Source: an uncultured Desulfarculus sp.
GTDB lineage: Bacteria > Desulfobacterota > Desulfarculia > Desulfarculales > Desulfarculaceae
DNA: 64,000 bases
Direction of reading: 5' to 3'
NCBI GenBank assembly: GCA_963665125.2
Contig: CAXXUK010000001.1
Coordinates: forward strand, 3,136,001-3,200,000
Shown here: positions 40,548-50,673 of the stretch, in pieces
Position numbering within the stretch: the stretch's first letter is position 1
Layout: each line of letters begins with the position of its first letter
Notes under the pieces: model-generated
Told to the model about the DNA's origin: nothing
What the model saw: the letters and a program-made list of their open reading frames with translations, nothing else
Database searches by the model: none
Position numbers and translations under genes: made by a program

Positions 40548-41066
40548 ATGAAAAAAATTATCTCTTTGGCAGCAGCCGTGGTTTTGAGCATGATCGCCCT
40601 AACCGCCGCGGCTCAGGACATGGCGACTCCCCAGGAAGTGTACGACAAGGTTGTGGCCGCCGCGGCAACCCTGGAGCAGCTCGGCCCAGACGCCCTGCCC
40701 GCGTTCAACGACCCCAAAGGGGAGTTTGTCTGGAAAGACTCCTATGTGTTTGTCATAGACTGCAAAAAGGATGTCATCGTCGCCCATCCCAACAACAAGC
40801 TTATTGGTCTTAAAAACTCCGTCGTCAAAGACAAGCCCGGCAACATTCGCGAGCCGAAGGTTCTGGGCTACGAGCTGTGCAAAGCCGCTGAGAACCCCAA
40901 CGGCGGATGGGTGGATTATTATTGGGAAAAGCTGGGCTCGGACAAGCCAGAGCGCAAGATCAGCTTCGTCGTGTCCGTGCCCGGTCAGGCCTACACGGTC
41001 GCCGCGGGCATCTATGACGACAAGACCGACATTGACGCCCTGAACAAGGGCTTGAAGATGAAATAA
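40548..41066 (+). CDS. Stand-alone periplasmic single Cache domain protein
   Basis: Signal peptide; YVFVID, AHP, GWVDYYW, K.SFV, AGIY; no C-terminal TM. Confidence 0.85.
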   Translation: MKKIISLAAAVVLSMIALTAAAQDMATPQEVYDKVVAAAATLEQLGPDALPAFNDPKGEFVWKDSYVFVIDCKKDVIVAHPNNKLIGLKNSVVKDKPGNIREPKVLGYELCKAAENPNGGWVDYYWEKLGSDKPERKISFVVSVPGQAYTVAAGIYDDKTDIDALNKGLKMK

Positions 41067-41178
41067 ACCATCCCGCCAACTTTCAGCTTGCCCCGGCCCG
41101 ATTTCGGCCGGGGTTTTCATTTCCTTTGGCGCCGGGACGTTGGGTATAATTTATTTTATACAATTCGGAGAAATCAGA

Positions 41179-42249
41179 ATGCGTGTACTGATCAAATCCA
41201 TCGCCTTGCTGGTTGTCCTGGCGGCCACCGCCTTTGTCTGCTTTTATTTGTGGGCCAGCAGCCCGGTTCTGCCCGTGGATGAGCTGGCCACCCTGCACAA
41301 CTACAATCCGAACGAAGCCCCTGCGGCTCCCTTGAATGACCAGTTCACCATTGTCACCTACAACGTCGGCTATTTTTCCGGCATGGCCAACAACCTTCCG
41401 GTGGAGTTGAACAAGAACTTTTTAAAAGACAACCTGCAAATGGCCATCGAGGCCTTGAAGCCGATGAAACCGGATGTCATCGCCATGCAGGAAATAGACT
41501 TTGATGCGTCACGCACCCACAGACAGGACCAATTGGAGGCCCTGGCCAAGGGGATCAACAGCGGCCAGACGGTCAACCTCGAACTCTTTTACGGGGCAAA
41601 GGCCGTCAACTGGAACAAAACCTATGTGCCGTTTCCCTATTGGCCGCTATCAGCCAACTTCGGCTACATGGTCAGCGGACAGGCCGTGCTGAGCAGCCAC
41701 CCTCTCAGCGGCCATGAGCGCCATGTGTTGCAAAAACGCCAGGACAAACCGTTTTACTACCGGGAATTTTATATCGACCGCCTGGCCCAATGCGTAATCG
41801 TGGACCTGGGCCAGCCCCTGGCCGTGATCAACGTGCACCTGGAGAGTTGGGACCGCGAAACCAGAGGCGTGCAGATCAGGCAAATTGTCGGGTTTGTGCG
41901 TGAAATGCAAAAAAAGGCCCCGGTCATCTTGTTGGGCGACTTCAACACCGTGCCCATCTGGGCCGCCAAGAAAACAGATTTCCCGGACGAGTTTCAGGAC
42001 TATACCGGCGAAAATACACTCTCAGTGGTCATGGACGAGATAGGACTGAAACCGGCCTTTGACGAGCCGGAGTTCCAGGGCGATCAAAGCGGCCTGCTGA
42101 CCTTTCCATCGGCCTCCCCTACACGGATGCTCGACCATATCTTCTATGATCCCAAAACAATACAACCCGTTTCCTGGCGGATTGTAAAGGAGGCGGGGAC
42201 GGCCTCGGACCACCTGCCCGTGGCCATGACCTTCCGTTTCAAGGATTAG
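41179..42249 (+). CDS. Endonuclease/exonuclease/phosphatase family protein
   Basis: TYNVG, MQEID, NVHLE, GDFN, LDHIF, SDHLP; N-terminal TM. Confidence 0.9.
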   Translation: MRVLIKSIALLVVLAATAFVCFYLWASSPVLPVDELATLHNYNPNEAPAAPLNDQFTIVTYNVGYFSGMANNLPVELNKNFLKDNLQMAIEALKPMKPDVIAMQEIDFDASRTHRQDQLEALAKGINSGQTVNLELFYGAKAVNWNKTYVPFPYWPLSANFGYMVSGQAVLSSHPLSGHERHVLQKRQDKPFYYREFYIDRLAQCVIVDLGQPLAVINVHLESWDRETRGVQIRQIVGFVREMQKKAPVILLGDFNTVPIWAAKKTDFPDEFQDYTGENTLSVVMDEIGLKPAFDEPEFQGDQSGLLTFPSASPTRMLDHIFYDPKTIQPVSWRIVKEAGTASDHLPVAMTFRFKD

Positions 42250-42309
42250 CGCATACCGCCGCAAACCCACCTCAGGCCCCCGTAGCCGGAAGTTCGCCGG
42301 GAATTTGGC

Positions 42310-42338
42310 TTGACTGAATCGGCTGGCTGTCATAGGAT
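42310..42338 (+). promoter_or_regulatory. sigma70 promoter for the riboswitch transcript
   Basis: TTGACT-17 nt-TAGGAT. Confidence 0.65.
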
Positions 42339-42344
42339 TCTGCT

Positions 42345-42515
42345 ACATACTGGATTGGTGCTCGAAAGAGCCTAACAGGGAAGGTGGTGCGAATCCACCG
42401 CGGTCCCGCCGCTGTAACCGGGGACGAAAGCCGCAACAAAGCCACTGCTCGTTAATTGGGCGGGAAGGCGCGGCCGGTAGGAAGAACCGGAAGCCAGAAG
42501 ACCTGCCGATCCTGG
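42345..42515 (+). ncRNA. Cobalamin riboswitch
   Basis: GGTGC..AACAGGGAAG.TGGTGCGAATCCA, CCCGCCGCTGTAA, GCCACTG...GGGAAGG, B12 box AAGCCAGAAGACCTGCC. Confidence 0.93.
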
Positions 42516-42615
42516 ACGCTCGCATACCCGGCGCAGGACCGGGGCGGCAATTGCATGAAGCATTGCGGCTGGCGCGGGTGTCCGTGCTGGGGCGGTGAAG
42601 CAAGTAGGGTGCAAT

Positions 42616-42648
42616 CCCCCAGTCCCTTCGAGGGACGGGGGTTTTTTT
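42616..42648 (+). terminator. Riboswitch expression-platform terminator
   Basis: ccccc-a-gtccc-ttcga-gggac-ggggg followed by T7. Confidence 0.8.
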
Positions 42649-42738
42649 GTGCGACAAAGCCCGCGTCTAATCGAGGGGGCCACTCCTTCCCCCCTGCCAT
42701 TGGGAGCGCGGGCCTGCTCCCGCAGGGAACCAAGCCAA

Positions 42739-42773
42739 GGCGGAAGGGACCAACGCCGACGGTCCCTTCCGCC
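42739..42773. terminator. Perfect 13-bp hairpin, likely terminator
   Basis: ggcggaagggacc-9 nt-ggtcccttccgcc, just past the SRAP stop. Confidence 0.65.
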
Positions 42774-42792
42774 GTCCTTTTCGACGAATCAG

Positions 42793-43479
42793 CTAAAAAA
42801 GTGAGCCTTGCTCCGAATCGGGCTCCAGGATTTCCGGACCGTCGTTGGCGGCCAAGTTGACCCGGCGGCTCACCGGGCGGGAGGTCATTCGCCCCTGGGG
42901 ATAAGGAGAGACAATACCGGGAAGGTCCGCCGGTTGGAGCGCCGAGGGCCCCAGCCATTTTTCCAGGGCCGCTTCACCCAGGATCACCGGCATGCGCTCG
43001 TGGATGCGGCCCACCAGTTCATTGGCTTTGGTGGTGACGATTGTAAAGCTGATCAGTGCCCGGCCCTGGGGGCCGCGCCAAGCATCCCAAAGCCCGGCAA
43101 GGGCCAGGTTTCGACCGCCTGTCCGTTCGAACAAATATGGCTGTTTGCCGCCGGGGGCGTCCTTGTGCCATTCAAAAAAACCGTCTACCGGGATCACGCA
43201 GCGCTTCTGTTTGATCAAGTTCTTGAAGGCCGGTTTTTGGGCCAGGGTCTCGGCCCGGGCGTTGATCATCTTGTAGCCGATATTTGGATCGGCGGCCCAG
43301 GAAGGAACCAGGCCCCAGCGCGGCAACATGCCCCGGCGGACATCGCCGGCCAGTACGGCCAAGGCCTCCCGTCCCGGCGCGACATTATAGCTGGGTCCGT
43401 AATCCAGGTCTTCGGCCAAAAAGCCGAACTCGTCCTGTAATTGGCTCAGAGGTGTTTTCTGGACAAACCTGCCGCACAT
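42793..43479 (-). CDS. SOS response-associated peptidase (SRAP/YedK/HMCES)
   Basis: MCGRF N-terminus, YNVAP, WGLVP.W, INARAET, GFFEW, IHERMPVIL. Confidence 0.93.
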   Translation of the reverse strand: MCGRFVQKTPLSQLQDEFGFLAEDLDYGPSYNVAPGREALAVLAGDVRRGMLPRWGLVPSWAADPNIGYKMINARAETLAQKPAFKNLIKQKRCVIPVDGFFEWHKDAPGGKQPYLFERTGGRNLALAGLWDAWRGPQGRALISFTIVTTKANELVGRIHERMPVILGEAALEKWLGPSALQPADLPGIVSPYPQGRMTSRPVSRRVNLAANDGPEILEPDSEQGSLF

Positions 43480-44207
43480 CACGCACCATAGCCGGCGGCC
43501 GCCTCGTCGATGATCCACACCGGTTCGCGGGAGGGCCGGACCAGGGCGGCCGGGCATTGGGGATCGCCTTCCCTGGCCCGGTTCAGGGCATCGTGTTTTT
43601 GAGCCCCGGTGACCAGGAATATTACATTGCGGGCGGCGTTGATCACCGGCAGGGTCAGGGTGATGCGGTCCACGCTTGGTTCAACGCCATCGGGGGGATG
43701 AACGCCCACCACCCAACGGCTGGCCTCGTGCAGGGCCGGATCGCCGGGGAACAGGCTGGCGACATGGCCGTCGGCCCCCATGCCCAGAAGCACCAAGTCG
43801 AACATCGGCGGGCCTTCGCCATGATGGTCAAAGTGCTCCCGCAGCAATTGTTCATAAGCCCTGGCCCCTTCGACAGGCCCCAGTTTGCCGTTGATGGGAT
43901 GAATGTTTTCCCTGGGCAACTCCGACGGGACGCCCAGGGTGCGCAGGGCCTCTCCGGCGTTGCTGGCCGGATGTTCCAGGGCCACGCACCGTTCATCGCC
44001 CCAGAACAGGTGCAACTTGTCCCACGGCACCTCGGAGGACAAACCAAATCCGTTCAGGGCCTGATAGGCCCCAAGAGGCGTGCGCCCACCCGATAAAACC
44101 ATGCGGCAGACGCCCTTGTTGCGCACGACGGTATTGACGACCTGGGATATGCGCGAGGCGGCCACCCGGGCCACGGCTTCGGCATTGGCGAATACCCACT
44201 CACCCAC
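43479..44207 (-). CDS. pgl: 6-phosphogluconolactonase
   Basis: LSGGRTP, FWGDERCV, LGMGADGHVASLFP, RITLT. Confidence 0.93.
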   Translation of the reverse strand: MGEWVFANAEAVARVAASRISQVVNTVVRNKGVCRMVLSGGRTPLGAYQALNGFGLSSEVPWDKLHLFWGDERCVALEHPASNAGEALRTLGVPSELPRENIHPINGKLGPVEGARAYEQLLREHFDHHGEGPPMFDLVLLGMGADGHVASLFPGDPALHEASRWVVGVHPPDGVEPSVDRITLTLPVINAARNVIFLVTGAQKHDALNRAREGDPQCPAALVRPSREPVWIIDEAAAGYGA

Positions 44208-44209
44208 GG

Positions 44210-45769
44210 CTAACGGGCCCCGCCTTGCCCGGACAACAGCGGAGAGAACGCCTCCGCCCCGGCAGGACCCCATGATCCGGCGGCATATGGCCTGAGCCGG
44301 CGGTCCCTTTCAGAGCATGTCTCGCAGGCCCGGAGCACCGGGTCCAACCACTGCCAGCAAAGCTCCACGCCGTCTTGGCGCCAAAACAGCATCTGGTCTC
44401 CGGTCATGGCGTCCATCAACACCTTTTCATAGGCATCGTGGGCCAAAACGGCTCCGGCTTGAAAATCAAAACCCATGTCCACCGTGCGCAGACACAGCTT
44501 GGGTCCGGCCGTCTTGGTTTGCAGACTCAAGGTGATTATTTCCTCCGGCTGGATGCCCAAGGTCAGGCGGTTGCTGGTGATGTGCTCACCCAGCACGTCT
44601 CGGAACAGCGAATGGGGCACCTCCTTAAACTGAATCTCAATGCTGGTCAGCTTGCGGGCCATGCGCTTGCCCGAGCAGATGTAAAACGGCACGCCCTGCC
44701 AGCGCCAGTTGTCCACGAAGACCCTCATGGCCGCGAACGTCGGCGTAAGCGAACGGGCGTCCACGCCAGGCTCGTCGCGGTAGGCCGGGACATCCCGGTC
44801 CTTGATCCGCCCTGCCTGATACTGGCCCAGGACCATGAACGAATCAAGCTCCTCGGAGGGCAGGGGCCGCAGGCAACGGAACAGCTTGACCCGCTCGTCT
44901 CGGACCCGGTCGGCCTCCAGCGACGGCGGCGCCTCGGCGGCCACCAGGGCCAACAACTGCATCATGTGATTCTGGAACATGTCCCTGAGCACGCCGGCCT
45001 TTTCATAGTAACCGGCCCGGTGCTCGACTCCCAGGGTCTCGGCGGCGGTGATGGACACGAAATCGATATACTTGCGGTCCCACAAGGGCTCGAACACGGC
45101 GTTGGCGAACCGGAACAGCATCAGGTTTTGCACCGTGTCCTTGGCCAGATAATGGTCGATGCGAAAGACCTGTGATTCCTCGAACCCCTGACTCAGGGCC
45201 TCGTTGAGCAGACGGGCCGAATGCAGGTCGCTGCCGAATGGCTTTTCCACCACCAGGCGGACCCAGCCCCGGCCGTATTCATTCTGGCGGCTCATGCCCG
45301 CGGCGGCGATGGAGGCGGCCACGGTCTCATAGAGGGTTGGCGGAATGGCCAGGTTGAACAGGCGGTTGCCGCAGGAGCCGATGGTCTTGTCTATCTCGGC
45401 CAGGCGGCGGTCCAGGGCCCGGAACGTCTCGGGCTGGTCATAGGTGACCGGCTGATAATAAAGCCGCTCGGCGAATTCGGGCCAGCGGTCGGCGGGCATG
45501 CCAGCCTCGGTCACCGCTTCGAGCATCAGTTCCCGGAATTTGGCGTCGTCATAGGGCGTGCGGGCGCAGCCGACCACGGCGAACTTCCCGTCCAGGCCGT
45601 GGTGACAAAACAGATCATATAGCGAAGGCAGCAGCTTGCGGCGGCACAGATCGCCGGAAGCGCCGAAGATGGTGATGATGCAGGGATCGGGAGCGCTCTC
45701 GAAATGGCAGCCCACCACCCGGCCGTTTTCCCCACCCAATTGGTTTATCGTCGCCTCGTCCACGCTCAC
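44210..45769 (-). CDS. zwf: Glucose-6-phosphate 1-dehydrogenase
   Basis: GASGDL, EKPFG, RIDHYLAK, RDMFQNH, WRWQGVPF. Confidence 0.96.
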   Translation of the reverse strand: MSVDEATINQLGGENGRVVGCHFESAPDPCIITIFGASGDLCRRKLLPSLYDLFCHHGLDGKFAVVGCARTPYDDAKFRELMLEAVTEAGMPADRWPEFAERLYYQPVTYDQPETFRALDRRLAEIDKTIGSCGNRLFNLAIPPTLYETVAASIAAAGMSRQNEYGRGWVRLVVEKPFGSDLHSARLLNEALSQGFEESQVFRIDHYLAKDTVQNLMLFRFANAVFEPLWDRKYIDFVSITAAETLGVEHRAGYYEKAGVLRDMFQNHMMQLLALVAAEAPPSLEADRVRDERVKLFRCLRPLPSEELDSFMVLGQYQAGRIKDRDVPAYRDEPGVDARSLTPTFAAMRVFVDNWRWQGVPFYICSGKRMARKLTSIEIQFKEVPHSLFRDVLGEHITSNRLTLGIQPEEIITLSLQTKTAGPKLCLRTVDMGFDFQAGAVLAHDAYEKVLMDAMTGDQMLFWRQDGVELCWQWLDPVLRACETCSERDRRLRPYAAGSWGPAGAEAFSPLLSGQGGAR

Positions 45770-45892
45770 TCCCGTTTGCCCGTGCTACGGCCGTGCTGAA
45801 AAAACGCGTTAGTATATTTTGTACATTCTGCCGCCCAAACACAAGGGGCGCGCCGCAATGGCACGCCCCAGGTGGTTTGTTTTACGTTTTTC

Positions 45893-47896
45893 CTACTTGA
45901 GCAAAGCCAAGGCCTTGGCCACCACGTTGTCCACGGTGAAGCCCAGCTTGGCCTGGATCGTGCCGCCGGGGGCCGAAGCGCCGAAGCGGTCGATGCCGAT
46001 GATGGCGCCGGAGTCGCCGGTGTAGCGTTCCCAGCCCAGGCTGGCGCCCATCTCCACGGCCAGGCGGGCCTTTACGGCGGGCGGTAGAACCGCGTCGCGG
46101 TAGGCCTTGTCCTGTTCGGCGAACAGCTCCCAGGACGGCAGGGACACCACCCTGGCGGCCACTCCCTGTTTGGCCAGTTCCTCTTGGGCGGCCAGGCACA
46201 GGCTGACCTCCGAACCGCTGGCAATAAGGATCAGCCCCGGCTCGCCCTGGCAGTCGCTGATCACGTAACCGCCCTTGGCCACGCCCTCGACCGTGCCGTA
46301 CTTGGCCGCGTCGAGGATGGGCAGCTTCTGGCGGGTCAGCACCAGACAGGTGGGCCCGCCGCGCTCCAGGGCCTGTTTCCAGGCGCCCAGGGTCTCGCCG
46401 TAGTCGGCCGGGCGGATCACCCTCAGGCCGGGCATGACCCGCAGGCTCATCAACTGCTCCACGGGCTGGTGGGTGGGGCCGTCCTCGCCCACGCCCACGC
46501 TGTCATGGGTGAAAACCCACACGGCGTGGCATTTTTGCAGGGCGGCCAGGCGCAGGGCCGGGCGGCAGAAGTCGCTGAATACAAAGAATGTGGCGCCGTA
46601 GGGGATAACCCCGCCGTGCAGGGCCATGCCGTTGACGATGGCGCTCATGCCCAGCTCGCGCACGCCGAAGTGGATGTTTCGGCCCGCAGGAGGCTGGCCG
46701 GGGCGCATGTCGCCCGAGCCGTCGATGATGGTCTTGGTGCTGGGAGCCAGGTCGGCCGAGCCGCCCACCAGGTTCAGGACCTTCTTGGCGATGCCGTTGA
46801 GGACCTTGCCGCTGGCGGCCCTGGTGGCGATGGAGCCGTCGGCCGGGCCCAGTTTCGGGGCCTCGGATGCGTAATCGGCAGGCAGGCGCCCGGCGATCTG
46901 GTCATCGAACTGGGCGGCCAACGCCGGAGCGGCCTGGCGGAATTTATCCATGGCCACCTGCCAGCGGGTTTGCTCCTTTTCGCCCATGATCAGGCTCTGG
47001 CGCAGGTAGTCGGTGACATCTTCCGAAACGGCGAAAGGTTCCTCGGGCCAGCCCAGTTTCTGGCGGGTGGCGGCCATGGCCTCGGCCCCCAGGGGCTCGC
47101 CGTGGGCGCTGGACATGTCCTGCTTGGGGCTGCCATAGCCGATGTGGGTGCGCACGGCGATGATGCTGGGCTTGTCGGTGACGGCCTTGGCCGCCTCGAT
47201 GGCCCCCGCGATGGCCTCGGTGTCTTCGCCGTCGGCCACCTTCTGAGTGTGCCAGCCGTAGGCCTCGAAACGCTTCATGGCGTCTTCGGTAAAGGCCAGG
47301 TCCGTGCCGCCCTCGATGGATATTTCGTTATCATCGTAAAGATAGATCAGCTTGCCCAGGCCCATGGTGCCGGCCAGGCTGGCGGCCTCGGCGGCCACGC
47401 CTTCCATGAGGTCGCCGTCGCTGACGATGCCATAGGTGTAGTGGTCGACGACCTTGCGGTCATTGCTGTTGAATTGCCCGGCCAGAAAACGCTCGGCCAT
47501 GGCCATACCCACACCCATGGAAAGGCCCATGCCCAGGGGGCCGGTGGTGCATTCCACGCCGGGCGTGTCGCCGTATTCCGGGTGGCCCGGCGTCTTGGAG
47601 CCCCACTGGCGGAAGTTCTTCAACTCGCTCATGGGCAGGTTGTAGCCGTGCAGATGCAACAGGGCATAGAGCAGGGCCGAACCATGGCCGGCCGACAACA
47701 CGAAACGGTCGCGGTCGGGCCACTTGGGATCAACCGGATTGTGCTTTAAAAAGCGGGTCCACAGCACATGGGCCATGGTCGCCGCGCCCATGGGCATGCC
47801 GGGGTGGCCGCTGTTGGCCTTTTCGACCATGTCCGCCGCGAGCATGCGGATAGTGTTGATGGCCTTGTTGTCCAGTTGACTGTCTACCTTGAACAT
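45893..47896 (-). CDS. tkt: Transketolase
   Basis: [38 protein letters not shown]. Confidence 0.97.
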   Translation of the reverse strand: MFKVDSQLDNKAINTIRMLAADMVEKANSGHPGMPMGAATMAHVLWTRFLKHNPVDPKWPDRDRFVLSAGHGSALLYALLHLHGYNLPMSELKNFRQWGSKTPGHPEYGDTPGVECTTGPLGMGLSMGVGMAMAERFLAGQFNSNDRKVVDHYTYGIVSDGDLMEGVAAEAASLAGTMGLGKLIYLYDDNEISIEGGTDLAFTEDAMKRFEAYGWHTQKVADGEDTEAIAGAIEAAKAVTDKPSIIAVRTHIGYGSPKQDMSSAHGEPLGAEAMAATRQKLGWPEEPFAVSEDVTDYLRQSLIMGEKEQTRWQVAMDKFRQAAPALAAQFDDQIAGRLPADYASEAPKLGPADGSIATRAASGKVLNGIAKKVLNLVGGSADLAPSTKTIIDGSGDMRPGQPPAGRNIHFGVRELGMSAIVNGMALHGGVIPYGATFFVFSDFCRPALRLAALQKCHAVWVFTHDSVGVGEDGPTHQPVEQLMSLRVMPGLRVIRPADYGETLGAWKQALERGGPTCLVLTRQKLPILDAAKYGTVEGVAKGGYVISDCQGEPGLILIASGSEVSLCLAAQEELAKQGVAARVVSLPSWELFAEQDKAYRDAVLPPAVKARLAVEMGASLGWERYTGDSGAIIGIDRFGASAPGGTIQAKLGFTVDNVVAKALALLK

Positions 47897-48150
47897 CTCT
47901 ATTTCCCTTGTCGGGTTCATAAAAAAGGCCGGCCCTCTTGACCGATGGTTGTTGATGCGTTTGACAAAAAACCCAGGGGCTGGGCCCAGATTTTGCCTGC
48001 TATAACCTACCCGGTTTTGAAATTTTCGCAAAGGGGCATTTGGAGCGGCAGGGGGATTTTCTTGTTCCGCTTAACAAGGCGGGGCCGCACCATTGGTACG
48101 GCCCGCTATTAATATTAGAAGGTTAGGCTGAAATCATGGCCGTTTACAGG

Positions 48151-48339
48151 TTATTCCAACGTGCACTTGGTGAAATCAATCTGGGTGCCGCAATTGCTGC
48201 ACTTGCGGGGCTTGTCAAACTCGTCGGAGAAGATTTCGTTCTCATGACCGCACTTGGGGCACTTGCAGGCGAAAACCTTGAGGTCCTTGTGGGCCTCGAA
48301 ACCGGGGCAATGCTTGGGGGTGGTCAGTTCATCAGCCAC
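48151..48339 (-). CDS. Small zinc-ribbon protein
   Basis: AAGGAG SD plus GTG; HCPG, CKCPKCG, EIFSDE, CSNCG. Confidence 0.75.
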   Translation of the reverse strand: MADELTTPKHCPGFEAHKDLKVFACKCPKCGHENEIFSDEFDKPRKCSNCGTQIDFTKCTLE

Positions 48340-48563
48340 AGTATTCTCCTTTGTTGGGTTTAACGTCCGTGGCCGCCGATCCGCGGGCGGACATGACAAA
48401 TCCATTAACTACTTTGATTGTGCATTGCCTCTTTGCCAAGGTCAAGGACAAGTCCCATCGGCCTACCGGTCAATACCGTCCTTGCATGTTTGCCTCGTTT
48501 GGTGTAGGAAAAACTGCCCCTGGTGTAAGCGCCGGGTCAATTTCGTATTTTCGGAGGTTCTTC

Positions 48564-49916
48564 ATGGCCGTTGTCGCGCCCTTTCGGGCTCTAAGATACA
48601 ACCTCGACAAAATCGCCGGCATGGACAAAGTCGTCACGCCGCCATATGACGTGATCAATGCCAAACAGCAGGACGGTTTTTACAATTCCGAGCCCCACAA
48701 CATAATCCGCCTGGAGCTCAACCGCAAACGGGACACCGACAACAGCACGGACAACCGTTACACCAGGGCCACCGCCCACCTGCAAAACTGGATGGAAAGC
48801 GGCGTACTGGCCCGGGACGACCAGCCCGCGTTTTATGTTTCAGAGACCTATTACAAGGACTCCGACGGCACCCCCAAGGTACGCCGGGGCTACTTCACCC
48901 TGCTGAGGGTGGAAGAATTCGAAAAGGGCGTGGTTCTTCCCCACGAAAAAACCTTTTCCGAGCACAAGGAAGACCGCCTGGCCCTGATCAAGCAGTGCCG
49001 CACCAACATCAGCCCCATCTTCGCCCTGTTCCCCGACGACGGCAACGAGGTGATGGCCGCCCTGGAAACCGGCATGAGTTCCGAGCCGGATTACGACTTC
49101 AACGATCCCATGGGCCTGCGGCAAAAACTTTATGCGGTGACCGACGCGAGCGCCTGCTGCCAGGTGGCAAAGCTGATGGCCGACAAGGTGGTCTTCATCG
49201 CCGACGGCCACCACCGCTACGAGACGGCTCTGAACTACCGCAACCACATGCGCCAGCAGTATCCCGATGCCGGGCCCAACGCGGCCTTTGAATACGTCAT
49301 GGTCTACCTGTGCTCCATGAGCGATCCGGGCCTGACCGTTTTCGCCTGTCACCGGGCCGTGCCCCAGCTGGGCGGATTCGCGGCCAGGGATTTCCTGCAC
49401 CTGGCCTCGGATTATTTCAACATCACCGAGTTCGCCGCCCCCGGTCAGCTCGGCGAAAAAAGCGCCGAATTCGTCGAGGCCCTGGAAAAGGCGGGCCAAC
49501 AGGCCCCCAGCATCGGCCTGGCCGCCCAGGACAGCGACAAGCTCTATATCCTCAGCCTCAAGGACGGGGCCATGGACGACGAAAGCGGACCGGATGTCCA
49601 AGGCCCCCTGGGCGACCTGGACGTGGCGGTGTTGACCCGCATGATTCTGGAAAAGCTGCTGGGCATGGACAACAACGCCCGGGATATGGCCCATTTGATC
49701 AGCTACAACTCGGATTTGGGGGACGTGCTCAGCCAGATCCAGAGCGGCGATTACCGGGTTGCCTTCCTGCTGAACCCCACCAAGGTCGAGCAGGTCAAGG
49801 CCGTGGCCGAGGCCGGGTTGATCATGCCCCGCAAGTCCACCTTCTTCTATCCCAAGGTGCTCACCGGCCTGACCATGAACCATATCGTGCCCGAAGAGCA
49901 GATCGACGTCTGCTAA
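48564..49916 (+). CDS. DUF1015 family protein
   Basis: PPYDVI, LPHEKT, IADGHHRY, MPRKSTFFYPK. Confidence 0.92.
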   Translation: MAVVAPFRALRYNLDKIAGMDKVVTPPYDVINAKQQDGFYNSEPHNIIRLELNRKRDTDNSTDNRYTRATAHLQNWMESGVLARDDQPAFYVSETYYKDSDGTPKVRRGYFTLLRVEEFEKGVVLPHEKTFSEHKEDRLALIKQCRTNISPIFALFPDDGNEVMAALETGMSSEPDYDFNDPMGLRQKLYAVTDASACCQVAKLMADKVVFIADGHHRYETALNYRNHMRQQYPDAGPNAAFEYVMVYLCSMSDPGLTVFACHRAVPQLGGFAARDFLHLASDYFNITEFAAPGQLGEKSAEFVEALEKAGQQAPSIGLAAQDSDKLYILSLKDGAMDDESGPDVQGPLGDLDVAVLTRMILEKLLGMDNNARDMAHLISYNSDLGDVLSQIQSGDYRVAFLLNPTKVEQVKAVAEAGLIMPRKSTFFYPKVLTGLTMNHIVPEEQIDVC

Positions 49917-49929
49917 AGACGAGGCGAAC

Positions 49930-50673
49930 ATGACCATCGACGGCGGCCAAATGCACGGCGAAGTAACCCGCGACGTGCTGGGCCGCCGCGCTTTTTGGCA
50001 GCCCGCCAAAGGCTACCGCTTCAATATCGACAGCGTGCTCCTGGCCGATTTCGCCACTCCCGCCGAGGGTCCGGTGGCCGATCTCTGCGCAGGGTGCGGC
50101 ATCGTGGGCCTGCTGCTGGCGGCGCGCGGCCTGCCGGGGCCGTTTCTGTCCGTGGAAATCGACGACCTGGCGGCAGAGTGCGCCCGCCGCAACTGGGATG
50201 AAACGGACTTGGAAGCCCAGGTACTTCACGGCGACCTCACCGTTGATCACCAACTGTTGCGACCCGGCGGTTTCAAGCTGGTGGTTTGCAATCCGCCGTA
50301 TGTGCAGCCCGGTCAGGGCCGGGTCTCGCCCATACGGGGCCGGGACGCCGCCCGCATTGGCCTGGCCCTGGAACCCGAGGCCTTGTGGGAGCGCGCCTCA
50401 AAGCTGCTGCGTGCCGGGGACCGCTTTGCCCTGAGCTGGCCGCCCATGCGCCTGGTGGAAGCGCTTTCCGGGCTGATGGCCCACCGGCTGACGCCCAAAC
50501 GCCTGCGCCTGGTGTACGGCCGGACCGATTATCCGGCCAAGATCGCCCTGATCGAGGCGGTAAAGGACGGCGGGGTTCAGCTTGATGTGGAGCCGCCGCT
50601 GATCGTGCGCGGCCCGGACCGGGAATACACCCAAGAAGTTAAAACGATCTACGAAGAGCTTGGTTTGTTCTGA
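49930..50673 (+). CDS. tRNA1(Val) adenine-N6-methyltransferase-like (TrmN6/YfiC family)
   Basis: QP..GYRF.IDSVLLA, DLCAGCG, CNPPY. Confidence 0.85.
   Translation: MTIDGGQMHGEVTRDVLGRRAFWQPAKGYRFNIDSVLLADFATPAEGPVADLCAGCGIVGLLLAARGLPGPFLSVEIDDLAAECARRNWDETDLEAQVLHGDLTVDHQLLRPGGFKLVVCNPPYVQPGQGRVSPIRGRDAARIGLALEPEALWERASKLLRAGDRFALSWPPMRLVEALSGLMAHRLTPKRLRLVYGRTDYPAKIALIEAVKDGGVQLDVEPPLIVRGPDREYTQEVKTIYEELGLF

Noticed and set aside
42456..42860. Plus-strand ORFs downstream of the riboswitch as the regulated gene
   Set aside because: They overlap the aptamer and terminator, lack a convincing SD and have non-protein-like composition.
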